NCBI GenBank assembly: GCA_046563655.1
Contig: CM102287.1
Coordinates: 8,990,001 to 9,054,000 of the forward strand
Direction of reading: 5' to 3'
DNA from: Yuukianura sp. NJ FZ-2021
Taxonomy: Eukaryota
DNA: 64,000 nucleotides
The notes beneath the pieces were generated by a model. That model made no database searches, was not told the DNA's origin, and saw only the letters and a program-made list of their open reading frames with translations. A program made the translations under genes and the position numbers. The stretch's first letter is position 1; every line of letters starts with the position of its first letter. Below, piece after piece: positions 26,958-38,244 of this stretch.

Positions 26958-28147
26958 TTTCCTACTTTTCTTTTCTCTCGGAATGTTCCCGTTTTTGTGT
27001 GAGTATATAAATGAATATTTTCTCTTTATCATTTCCAGATCTAGATAAAAAACTGTGAGTACAATCGCCTCAATCAAAACAAAAATAAGAGAACTGCAAA
27101 AGAAATTGAATCAAAACACTTAAGCAAAAAATTAATCATGGCAAATAGTGCGGTTATTACCACAAAATTGGCACAAACATTTTTTTTTGTGAAATTGAGC
27201 AATTCATTGTGGGCAATGAGAATGAACAATGACTCACAAATGAGTTTACCTTATAAAGTTTTGGAAGTAATTGAAATTGGCCTAAACTTAATCAAAACCC
27301 AAGTACGACCATTAGGTTTGATTAGCTTTAAATTTTTTATTCTTATGGTTTTTTTAAGCTCGGTCATTTTCTGTATTTTCTTCAGTTTTGGAGACATTAA
27401 CACACTAAAAAGTAATTTCGAAAACGTAAATTGTGTTGAGACAGGTACGGGTCCTTGTGCTTTTCAAATATATTTTTCTAGAAATTTGGGCTATGCTCTT
27501 ATCACAGTTAATCACAGTCGAGGTAATGAAAGCGCTTAGTTATGAAAAATAAATTTGAGACTTCGATTTTTTTGTCAGCTAAATTGGAAGAAAACATCAA
27601 GAAAATTGGGCTACTCAAAGCAAATTCGTGAAAAACAAATTTTCCTAAAAATTAAAAGTTTCACTTGCAATTGCAATTTGCAATTGAAAACGTATATTTC
27701 GTTCAAACCTTTTTTGAATCTTCCAATTTTTAAGAATTTTGAGGCTGAAGAAAATCAACATTTGGTGCAACGTTTTGAGTCGTCAGTTGCAGCAGTATCA
27801 CTGGATATGGTGATCAAAATTTTCATTTACAAGCAAAAACTTATATTTTAGCAAAGGCAAAAGGTGAAAGGTCACGACGATTTGAGAGATTTTTTGAGAG
27901 TTGGGTGAATTGAATTTGCTTCGCAAACTTAAAATTCATCTATCTCATTTCTTCCCTTAACTTTGACAGCAAAGTATGCACATTTTAAAATTAAAATCAC
28001 ACTAGTAAGCAGTTTCGACTCAAAAATATCGCTGTTCAACATGATTTTTCAACCGAAATATCCAAAGTTTGCACAAAATTTTGATAAATTGGATCCTCAT
28101 TTACTTGAGACGTAAGCTGTTCTTCAAAGGTCAACTTGAAAAGAAGG

Positions 28148-28181
28148 TATAAAACATCAAATTTTTCGAGTCTCTTCAGTT
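28148..28181 (+). promoter_or_regulatory. TATA box plus initiator for the 28242 gene
   Basis: TATAAAA at 28148 with TCAGTT (arthropod Inr) about 28 nt downstream; AATAAA at 29061 after the stop. Confidence 0.6.
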
Positions 28182-28241
28182 TCAGTTTGGAGTTTTTTTC
28201 TTAAAATTTTTTCGACAATTCTAAATTTCGAAATTTTGAAA

Positions 28242-28982
28242 ATGAACAAAATTTGCCTGTTGGTCGTTTTGGCAGTAGTTGCGTTGGGGTCATGCGAAGC
28301 ATTCCTGAGGCGCAATGGAAACGAGCAGCATGGAACATTTCACTTGTACAAGGTTAAGCCAAAGACGCAGCATGAAGTGTGGGCTCTGACAAACTCATAT
28401 GCTGAATACGTACGTTTTTAAATTCTTTTCTTTCGAAATTTCGAAATTTCGGTTTATATTTTTTCGAAATTTTGTAGGAGAATCACCCACCACTCTTCCT
28501 CCAGCCGGTTCAACTCGGGCAAAGCACTTACCTCCTTATGGAACACTCCAAATACGAAGTATTTGAGCGCATCATGAGAACCAATCGGATCCGATTTTAC
28601 TCCAAGGTTTATCCAACCCTAGTGGAATCAATTTCCACACGCTTGGCAGTACAAGCCGATGATGCAAGTAAGCATAAGCACTGGAATGCCAAAGGTCATT
28701 GACCTTTGACCTTTTTATGTCATAGCTTGACCTGTTTGACCTTTGACCTTTGACTTTTTAGCTTTACCTACCTGTGGCTGTAAGTTCAACAACAAAGGTT
28801 GTGTCATCACTGTAGCTCCACCAGAAGGCTACGCTTGTTATTGCTGGACCGGATGGGGAGGTGCTGAAAACCAATGCTTTGGTGGGGCAAAGAAATGTAG
28901 CGAAGGACAACATTGTCCAGCCAACTGCAAGACGCTTCAATGCTGTCTTGCTGGAAACGGCAATTGTCAAGGATACAACTAA
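28242..28982 (+). CDS. Secreted protein: signal peptide, carboxypeptidase-propeptide-like domain, 12-Cys C-terminal domain; exons 28242-28409, 28478-28667, 28762-28982
   Basis: Signal MNKICLLVVLAVVALGSCEA; phase-compatible GT-AG introns; C-terminal CGC...CVITVAPPEGYACYC...CCLAGNGNCQGYN. Confidence 0.8.
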
Positions 28983-29160
28983 ACCTGGACAAAGTTAGGT
29001 CAAGGTCAATAACCTAATGTTAGACAACCTAACTAACCTAATCCAAACGAAAGTAATGATAATAAAGTGATTGGCCATTGTACGTTTTACATTATTGTAA
29101 TATCATATGTCATTTTTAAACATTCGCGACAATGTTTTTTTGAAATTTGATGTTGGGATT

Positions 29161-29591
29161 TCAAAATCTGATCCACGGCTCCGGTTTCCAGCCTTCTGGA
29201 AGATTATGTTCTGCAGCGTACTTGGCAATACCAGCCGCTGTCTGTTCTGCAGTACAGTCACCCCACATACCTCCACAGTCGATGAATTGCTCCTCCCCAT
29301 CAACTGTTTCAAATTCAGAATTTTTTTTTCATTTTTATGAATTTTGAAAAAAAAATGATTTTTTCAAACTATTTTGAATTTAACCTCCTCTGAATATGGC
29401 CCCCATCAAGTCAGCCCCAGCCTAGATATCAATGCACCAGAAATAAGATCGGTTAGGCCCGGTTAGGCCATTTGAATCAAGTTTTCAAATTTGAAAACCA
29501 GAAAATTTACCGATTTGAATTCCAAAATACAGATGAAAACAGCAATTAAAACAGACACTGCGCACAAGCGGGAAATGATTCTCGCAGCCAT
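29161..29591 (-). CDS. Small secreted orphan peptide, 86 aa; exons 29591-29511, 29421-29385, 29303-29161
   Basis: Splices to MAARIISRLCAVSVLIAVFICILEFKSAGADLMGAIFRGVDGEEQFIDCGGMWGDCTAEQTAAGIAKYAAEHNLPEGWKPEPWIRF*; both introns GT-AG and in phase; not in the ORF track. Confidence 0.65.
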
Positions 29592-30330
29592 GACTAAAAT
29601 CTTTGACTTTTTAAAATTTTGAAATTGAAATGGTTCTAAAAAGAATTAGACTCGGCACAATCAGCAGAATCCCAAAGTGTTTCAACATTTAAATAACCAT
29701 TGATATCAGTTATGCATGTTAATTAACGTCAGTTGCTACCGTAAATGATAGAAAACTATCATTTAAAACCACATAAACTCACCATTAGCGGAAGGAAAAT
29801 TTCAACCATAACATAGTGATTGGGTAACTTGGATTAATTTCAAACTGAATACAACATTGAACAGCATATTACAAGCATTATCATGAGTATGCTTGAAAAC
29901 GATTTTGAAGTTTACCAGAAAGAATTTATACCAGTGTTGCATTCCAGTTTTTTACCATACTGCTGTGCAACTGCTTTGAATAGCAATCACCATTATAAAT
30001 TATGTTTCGAAAACAATAATTTTTCATTTTTCAAAAAAAAAATGCTGCCATCATTTTTTTCTAAGAATGGTTGCCAATTTTTTCAGGCTCGACTTTTAGA
30101 TTTTTGTGTATGTAGTTGGAAATTTTGTCCTTGAATTTCAAAAATAAAACGTTTAATTTAATTTGTGACGTAGTTTCAAAAACAATAGAACATCAAAATT
30201 TCAAAAACATGGAACCGCCACTGAAGTTTCTAGTTGACATTGAACCACTACTTGCGAATTACAGTTGAAAAATCTTTCAAAATTCATTCGAGTGTTAGAC
30301 TTCAGATACAGACACTGTCTGACTGGGAAA

Positions 30331-30725
30331 ATGGCTGCTAAAACTCTTCTGGCACTTGTTTTGCTTGCAATTTGTGTTTGTGGGGCATGGTCAGCTTGCT
30401 ACGTGAAATCACCAGGTAAATTTAGAAATTCGTCCATTTTTTTTAAAAAACTGATAAACTTCATATTTTTTTTGTAAAAAAATCAGGAGTAGTGAAACTG
30501 TGTAAGGAGAAGAACAAAAAGGTTTGTACGAGATTTCCAAATCCCGACGAATGCACGAATATTGAAGAGGACGAAGAGTCCTACCTTTCTGGCTATGCAA
30601 ATGGAGACTTCTATTGCTCATTGTACTTCAAAAAGAATTGTACTGGCCCATTTCTCGGTGCAGATCGTGAAGGCTGGGAAGAATTCCCGCGAAAAGTCGT
30701 CGCGTACAAATGCCCCTGTATTTAG
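30331..30725 (+). CDS. Small secreted Cys-rich protein (beta/gamma-crystallin-like pattern), paralogue 1, 107 aa; exons 30331-30415, 30487-30725
   Basis: Signal peptide then CYVKSP|GVVKLC...CSLYFKKNCTG...GW.EFP...YKCPCI; AATAAA downstream. Confidence 0.8.
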
Positions 30726-31173
30726 AAATTGCTCTAAATTAAACGTTTTCCCCACCCTTGTAATAAACGTTTAAACAAAAATCATTGGCGCCTGCAATAA
30801 ATTTTGATTGGACTGTCATTTCTTTGGATTTGAAATTTCTTCTTGAATCGAATTTACTTCTTTCTTAAGATACCTTCCAATTTTTTTCAAAAGAAAAGCT
30901 CCGTGTTAAATCCTGTAACAGAAATTTTATAGTACAGGAGCGCCAATTTCAGTAACCATACGTCGGCATTACCCGTACTCGTGATATTCAAGGTTGCATG
31001 AAAAGTGCCGCCTTTTTAGTTTCAAACTTCAAGGTAAATGGACAATAGCGGCCTTGATTTTTCAAATAATGTTTTACCGCGAGGAGAGAATTTAAAAGTC
31101 ATTGTAATTGTTTTGTAATTAAGTCAGTAGTTGAATTTTGACGTGCCAGAGTCAGTCAATTGGATTTAAAATT

Positions 31174-31628
31174 ATGGCTACAGTTTGTTGTGTTCTGATT
31201 GTATTGACGTTGGCGTCAACTGCATGGAGTTCGTGTTATATAAGGGACCCCGGTAAACAAGAAAAAATCAAAATTTTCAACCATAATTTATTTAAAAAAT
31301 GATTGGAATATTTTGTATAAAAATGTTTAAAAGATTTCTTATTTCTTATACTTAGTTTTTTTTTGCTTTATTGTTTATTGTAGGAACAATGCATTTTTGT
31401 GTGGAAAAGTATAAACAGAAGTGCGAACATATTTCCAGTGACGACGAATGTGTGAACCTTGAACACGACCCCAAGTACATTTCTGGACATGCGCAAGAGA
31501 CTGGCCTCGTGTGTACAATTTACACGAAACATGACTGCAAGGGAGCGTTTTACAGTGCAGACAAAGCAGGCTGGAACGAATTTCCTAAAGATAAACAACC
31601 CAGATCATTTAAATGTCCCTGTATTTAA
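31174..31628 (+). CDS. Small secreted Cys-rich protein, paralogue 2, 107 aa; exons 31174-31252, 31384-31628
   Basis: Same phase-1 intron position and same 8-Cys skeleton as paralogue 1 (CYIRDP|GTMHFC...CTIYTKHDCKG...GWNEFP...FKCPCI). Confidence 0.8.
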
Positions 31629-32195
31629 AAATCCCGCCAAAAAACAGTATTTGGACTATTTTGAGACAGGTATAAATTAAACTGCATCTGGTAGGAGTTG
31701 ACAGATCAAATTGCCAAAATAAAATTCTTCAGTGCATGAGTTTTCTATTCGTTTTTGATCCAAAAAATGGCCGTAAAGTATAAATTGTACTTTTATAAGT
31801 TTTCTTTGGAGTGTAAAATGTAAGGTATAAAGTTAATACACGGTGTTTTATAAATAGATTTTTGGACCATACGGTACAAAAAGCAGAAGTTGTGGTGAAG
31901 AAAATGATAATTTTCAAATTGAATCGTCATTTCCATGTTCCTCTGCCAAAAAATGTTTTTATTTGCTCCAGATTTTTAAAATCTTACACTTAGTCACTAA
32001 ATACTGTGCCAAAAAATATTCCATTCTAGTATGTTCTCCGTTTTCCTTCAAATCAAGTGACTCAGTTGTAGATTTACTGTTTCAACAACTATAGAGCACT
32101 TTCTCCTGTTTTGCTAAGTTTTGGAATAACTTGTGTCGTAAGAGTGAAATTTTCAAAATTTTAAGGATTCTTGAAATTTTCTAAGTTTTGTCAAA

Positions 32196-33524
32196 ATGTC
32201 AGAACCGGTTGAAGAAGTTCGACCTAGAGAAAGAAATGACTCAATGTCTGAACAAGAATTGGAAGATGCTGTGCGTATTCATCCAATATTTCTGCGTCAT
32301 AAGAATTCCATTGTTCAAGCGACCAGTCCAATTCTAAGGTCAAGACGTCCTGGACATGGACGGCTCAAGAGTCCAGGGCCACCGTCGACCTTTGACCTAA
32401 TTCTGGAAGATGAAGCTCCAGAAGCACCAGAATTGCCGTCAGACTCATCAGATTCATGCAATGAAGGAGATGGAGTCATTAGCACGTCAATTCCCCAAGG
32501 TTCGTAACCAAGAAAGTAGTTTTTTCTTTAACAGGTTAGACAATAAGTCGCTTTTTTATTTTTTCGCCCCAAAAATAATTGCAAAAATGAGAAGACAATC
32601 ACGGCAAGTCTAGTTTTCTGGAGAATTTTTGGAAACCTAATTTTTTTCATTCATTTTTATTGTTAAGGTCGGCGCAAACCTGTATATTTTTGCAGAAAAC
32701 AAGTCTAGGTGAAACTTGGGTGGAAAAAAAAGTTTGGGAAGAGATTTTCTGAAAGCGGGACTTATTGCCTAACCTGTTAATTTTTCTATTTTGTTGCTAT
32801 AGGAACCTTGCCAATTCCCGATCTTTTGTGTCATCATGTTCCGGTATCCGAAAAAATCGGCAAAGCTGGAAAAATCAAAAAAGAAATCGGTAAGCTCGGA
32901 CCAGAAATCGCAAAACATAAAATAGAAATCGGAAAAATCGAAAAATCGTTGGTCGTGTGTTCCGCAATGGCGTCTTCAAGTGGAGCCGGAAAAAGTGGAG
33001 GCAGAAAAAAATTTGTTCATTTTAAAGTTCCTGTTTGGGAGCAAATCAATGACGAAGTAGAAGTCATTCCAGTTCAGCGTCCAAAGAAGGTAAAATGTCA
33101 AAATTTTGAATTCATAATTTTATGAATTTTGAAAAAAAAAATTAAAATTTTTCAAAAACGTACAGTGTTTATTTTGTTTACTTTGTAGATGAAAGGTGTC
33201 ATCAAGCACTTGTGTCCTTCAACTCATCTGGTCGTGCAACAACTAAATTTTGAACCCGTGCCAATAAAATTTGCACAAGTAAAACTTTTTCTTCCTTGCA
33301 AAAATCAAAGTTTTTGCCAACTTTTTGAACTGAAATTACACTGACTGACGCGTCTCGTTTTTTTCGGTTTTTAGATCACCGATATTGACACGATGTTTTC
33401 AAATTCACAACTTGTGCGATGGAACCTTAAATGGCGACGTGTGAGAGGAAAGTTCATTTTTACTTTTATGATTCTCGTCGTCCTTTTATTTTTGTCTCCA
33501 ATTGTACGTTTCTTTCTGAGCTGA
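32196..33524 (+). CDS. Uncharacterised tail-anchored membrane protein; exons 32196-32499, 32803-33089, 33189-33278, 33375-33524
   Basis: Four exons join in frame; C-terminal hydrophobic helix FIFTFMILVVLLFLSPIVRFFLS preceded by a basic patch; AATAAA at 33532. Confidence 0.65.
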
Positions 33525-33615
33525 ATCACCCAATAAATTATGAAATTTTATTACACATTTTTGAAAAAATTTCACATTTTGTGCCAAGTTGAGTCAGTTT
33601 AGCTTCCTTTTGGTA

Positions 33616-33891
33616 TTAGCAAGACTTCTTAAGTGTCCATGAGTACTGCAGAGATCCATTCCCTGGAGCAGCAGCAGTTGAAGTCACAATGTCGTAACCA
33701 TAGGAACACAGCGAATCCAGAACTGCCGCTGCGTTGGCTTCGTACAGAATCAAGCCACGAATGGCATTTCCCGCGGCGTCACTGGCCAGTCGTCCGCCGG
33801 TACTTTTCAAAAATTCTTCCTGATTAATTGAACAACTCGCCCAGGCTGGACCTTCGCTCAGCGAATTTGCAAAAACAACAATCACCGGCAT
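33616..33891 (-). CDS. GTP cyclohydrolase I feedback regulator (GFRP)-like small protein, 91 aa
   Basis: MP-hydrophobic start, GP, VLDSLCSYGYDIVT...YSWTLKK parallels GFRP (VLDKLERRGFRVLS...VWCLHK); 5'UTR intron just upstream. Confidence 0.65.
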   Translation of the reverse strand: MPVIVVFANSLSEGPAWASCSINQEEFLKSTGGRLASDAAGNAIRGLILYEANAAAVLDSLCSYGYDIVTSTAAAPGNGSLQYSWTLKKSC

Positions 33892-34969
33892 CTTCTAACA
33901 AATAAAAAATAGAAAATTAACAAAAGCTAAAAAAATTAAAATCTTGCAAAAATTTGTCACTTACCTTACGTACTTCAAATAAAGTTGAGCAGTCGATTGG
34001 ATTACAGATGAAGTGTGACTGAATTCTTTTAGCTTTTGATCTGTCCTTATTTAAAACGAGAACGACATAGATAATCTGGGTTCATGCCAATGCATCCGGA
34101 AAAAAAGACATGCAGAAAAGAAATCAGCACAAAATTTTTGAAACTACCCACTGGAAATGGACTTTACTATGAAAACACGTCAATACAATTCAATTTATTT
34201 TTTGGAGAAATTTGTGAACTGTTGATGTAATTACACTGCTTATGTTTTTCCTGCTGATGTGTTTTCATTGTCTATGTCTTTGTTGCTTATTTCTTTTGTG
34301 CTGATGTGTTTTCTGCTTATGTCTTTTTTTCTGATGTTTCGGATAATCTAAGGTTAACGTTAGCACTGCAGTCTGTCACTCATCAGTCATCACGGTGATG
34401 ACTGATTTCAAAATCACAATTTTACGACAAATCACGAACTCTTGGCGTCATAAAACAAAAATTATTGTAAGGTCTGATTTTTTTTTAGTTTTCGACCGTT
34501 ATGAGACCTTTTTGAAGTTAATTTTTTTTTCCTTTTAGCTTTATGAACTTGAAATTGATGATGTTTTCAAAAGCTCAACTTTACTTTCCATACGTGGGAA
34601 GTAATATATGAATTACATTACGCCATTTCATACTTGCCTTTCAAGAAATTTGAAAGTCTTATGCCTGTGATTGATTTTGATGCGTTGTTTTCCTCCAAAT
34701 TTTTCTTGTAGTTGTAATTTTTTTGACCGCAAATTTCCTGTCTTATTTCGGACTGATCATTTTTTTGGTTGAGTAATTGGAGTGACACTGTGTCATAATT
34801 TCCACTATATAGAACGCCAATTTCTCCGCATTTTGAAATAAGATACATAAAAATTAAAAACCAAATTGTAAAATTTAGTGTACAGTTCCAACAACTGAAA
34901 ATTATGTTTCTGCGTTCAAGTGAATTTGAATTTTGAAAGTGTTATTTGCTTTGATTTTTAAACTGTGCT

Positions 34970-35520
34970 ATGCCAGAACAGAAAGTGTATTACGACGAAG
35001 TCTTTTTCATTTTACTGGTAATTGCCATCTTCGTCATCGTTCTCATACTGATAGTAAGTACATCAATACTGGAAAATGTTGAATTTTGTTGTTGAAATTC
35101 AAATTTTGAATTTGGCTTGGCCTGATTTAGGTCGTATTTGTCAAAAGATGTAGAAGGAAAACCCAGTCGTCCATTTTGAACGACTTTCTTCAGGAACTAG
35201 GCTACCGAAAAACAGGGGAATCCGAAGACGTTCGGGGCAATGAGAAACTGTCGATACGGTACAGTCGACCGCTGAGTGCAAACCGGTACTCTTCAGGATT
35301 CGGTACCTGGGGAGTCTATGGTATCGGTGGAACACGACTATCGGCTACCAGACCAACGTCTTCAGTTATCATTTCTCTTCCACCAATCGAAACGAAGGAC
35401 AAGGTCACACAGGTCATCAGCGAGGAAGCCAAGGACAGTCATAAAAGTTCACACGTTCCTCTTGACGTTCTGATGGAGGAAGACGAGGAAGAAGAATGCC
35501 CTACTACTCGTACTAACTAA
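34970..35520 (+). CDS. Small single-pass membrane protein, 157 aa; exons 34970-35053, 35131-35520
   Basis: MPEQKVYYDEVFFILLVIAIFVIVLILI|VVFVKRCRRK: TM helix plus basic stop-transfer, in frame with ORF 35176-35520. Confidence 0.7.
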
Positions 35521-35831
35521 ATAGCATTTTTTTTTTTTCAAAATTTTGAAATTCCATTTTTTAAAAGCTAAATTACATTTCTCTTCTGGAAGGTGACGTA
35601 TAGGTATTTATACATGTATTACTTAGAACGTTCAAGGTTACAAGGAAACGATATGCGTCAGTTTGTGCTCTACATGTGCAGGCATACGTGTAGCACTAAT
35701 TATATTTAAATTTAAATATTTATATTTAAATATTCACTTCATATTTAACACCGAGAATTAATTAAATACTAAAACTTTCAAAAGTGGATCTTCAGAAATT
35801 TCCACTTCAGAAACTTTCTGTGATACACAAA

Positions 35832-36269
35832 ATGCATTTTAAAATTCGTTTGTTTTTGATCGTGGTGTGGACAGGTTGGGTCAAAAGTCAATTTCTGAGT
35901 TTCGTAATTCACAGGGCTACAAATCAGCAGGCAGATTCAGGTAAGCAAATAATTTAAAAAAAAATGAACCAAACTAATCGTAAGTTAAATTTACGGTAAT
36001 TACTGATTTTGGGTTTTGTTTCAGCGTTGAGTTTCTGCGTACCGTTTCTCGGTTCGGCAATGATCCCTAGTCCATGCGTCCTCTGTAGCTGTGACTTTCC
36101 TTGGTTTCGGTGGCGTTGTAGAAGAGTCTGCGAGGTCACGGCGACAACCACGGGGTCATTGACCTTGCAACCCAGTACTGTCACTACATCAACTTCTGGC
36201 GACATTGATTACCCCACAACTTCAGATGATTATGATGAAAATAATGATTTGGGTAACGGAGCATACTAG
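35832..36269 (+). CDS. Secreted 6-Cys protein with Thr-rich/acidic tail; exons 35832-35940, 36025-36269
   Basis: Hydrophobic N-terminus, phase-1 intron, C-x12-C-x2-C-x-C-x8-C-x3-C then Thr/Ser-rich stalk. Confidence 0.6.
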
Positions 36270-37179
36270 TATTACCCCTGAATCTAATCGAACCTAAATT
36301 TTTCAAAAATTTCGTACATTTTTGCATTCTATTTTTGTCAACAGTACCTCCCTTCAGCAGCAATCCTAGTAGAATGATGGGTACCAACAGGATGGGTCAC
36401 CGTCATCCACACTCGAAAAAATTAAAATATTAAAACAAGTTTGAAAATTAAAAACTAATCGGCCAACTTAACATAGACGTCACAGTTATGACTCAGCTCT
36501 GTTCAATATTGCTCATTTTCAGAATAACGCTTAAAGGAAGTTGGCAATGGAAATTGCAATCAAAACTTTTTATTTTATAGTAACAAAATTCCAGTTTGGC
36601 AATGCTAACCTAAAGTATAGCTAAATTATCATTCTAAAATTTTATCTGTACCATCAATAATTGTTTTTTTAATCATCACGTTCATAGAATCTGTTGCAAA
36701 ACTAGAAGTTATGCTATGTATATGATACGCTTCCCTTCATCATCCTTGCAAATACAAATCCGTTAAACTGAATCTAAGCTAACACTGTCACTTGCCGTGT
36801 GTTGAATTATGACCTTACCTTAGCTCCGTTTAATGTTAAAATTTTTGGAAATGCTTGTGTCAAAAACGAATCTACAAAAAAGTTATTACTCTAATCACTT
36901 AAAATACAATCCATAATCTTATCTCGTCCCACTTCCTCTGTCGCTGTATTTTAAGTATGGACACCTCACCTTGCTAAATTTCCAACAAAAAAGTTGAGTC
37001 CTGTTCTGCCTTTGGAACGTTTTGAAACATATTGCGGCGGAGCATTGACTCATTTTGGACAACGTCCACAGTTACGCCATTTTTAAGTGTAAGCTTACAC
37101 TCTGAAAATTTAATCAATTTAGTAACTAACTCTTCATTTTGAATTAGCATAAACGGTCTCTCGGATTAGTCAAAGGAAA

Positions 37180-38068
37180 ATGTTGCCCAATCCTTGCTGT
37201 TGTGAACTCCAACTCGGAGTGAAAATAGTCGCCATTTACAACATGGTATGATCCGATCCTAAGAATTAGTTACTTTGTAACTAGAGCGGCAGCATTTAAA
37301 ACTTTGTTTTATCGTGTTCGTTTTGGTAGGTGGTTAATGTTATTGCGTTGGCTGTATCAATTCTGGGGATCATAGGGCTCTTTACCCTGATGGGATACTC
37401 CAGCTCTGATGATGGTAAAAACGGAATATGTTTACACTATGTACTATTATTTGTATGGAATATTATGGTATAATAATATGTTTTTTGCATATTTTAAATC
37501 TTTAGTGTTAAATTTTTTAAATAGATGCAGTGTACATTATAGCGGTGATATTAATGATCATTATCATCCTCATTCTGATTGCCCATTTCTATCTGAGCTA
37601 TCTACTGTACCAGGGAGCTAAAACGGTACAGGAATTTTTTGTTTACCGTAAAATCAAAAACTTGAGTGTAATTTTTTTCTTAACATTTTTTTTCCTTGGC
37701 AGCGCAATATTTCAAGATGTAAACTCTGGCTTATCGTTACCTTGGTCTACCTGATCATCAACATCGTGTCAGTTTTTACCTATCCAACTGCAAGCGAGAT
37801 TACTACAACTGTTATTGGCACACTAATCCAAGTATACCAACTTTGGGTCGTTTATGCCTTTATGGAAGAAGTAAGGAACGAAACGTTACCGCATACGCAC
37901 GCGGAAGTACATGTTGTACACACCTACCCACCACCGACTGCTGCGTATGCACAAGAACAACCGTACGGCGCAGGTCCATCAGCAATGCAGATGCCGCCAC
38001 AGCCCCAACAGTACGGTCCAACGGATCCACATTTCGCTCCAGCATATGGACATCATGACAAACTTTAA
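37180..38068 (+). CDS. Four-TM DUF4728/LAPTM-like membrane protein; exons 37180-37245, 37330-37414, 37525-37625, 37703-38068
   Basis: N-terminal CCC.L..GV..VA, LLYQGAKTRN, YQLWVVYAFMEE and a Pro/Tyr/Gln-rich tail; all junctions in phase. Confidence 0.75.
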
Positions 38069-38244
38069 ACTATATAAAAACGACATAACCTCATATACCT
38101 AAATTTATTTTGAAAATTTTCAAGAAAATTTCTTTGTTAAAGCTCAACGTTCGAAAAATCAAGGTGAGAATTGGTTGACTTAAAGCAGAAAATTTACTTG
38201 AACTATTGGAATTTAATGTAATAATAAAAGCAAAAAGTTTAGAT

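Noticed and set aside
34070..34350. Degenerate inverted and tandem CTTATGT/CTGATGT repeats
   Set aside because: Probably an old MITE, but ends and TSD could not be fixed.
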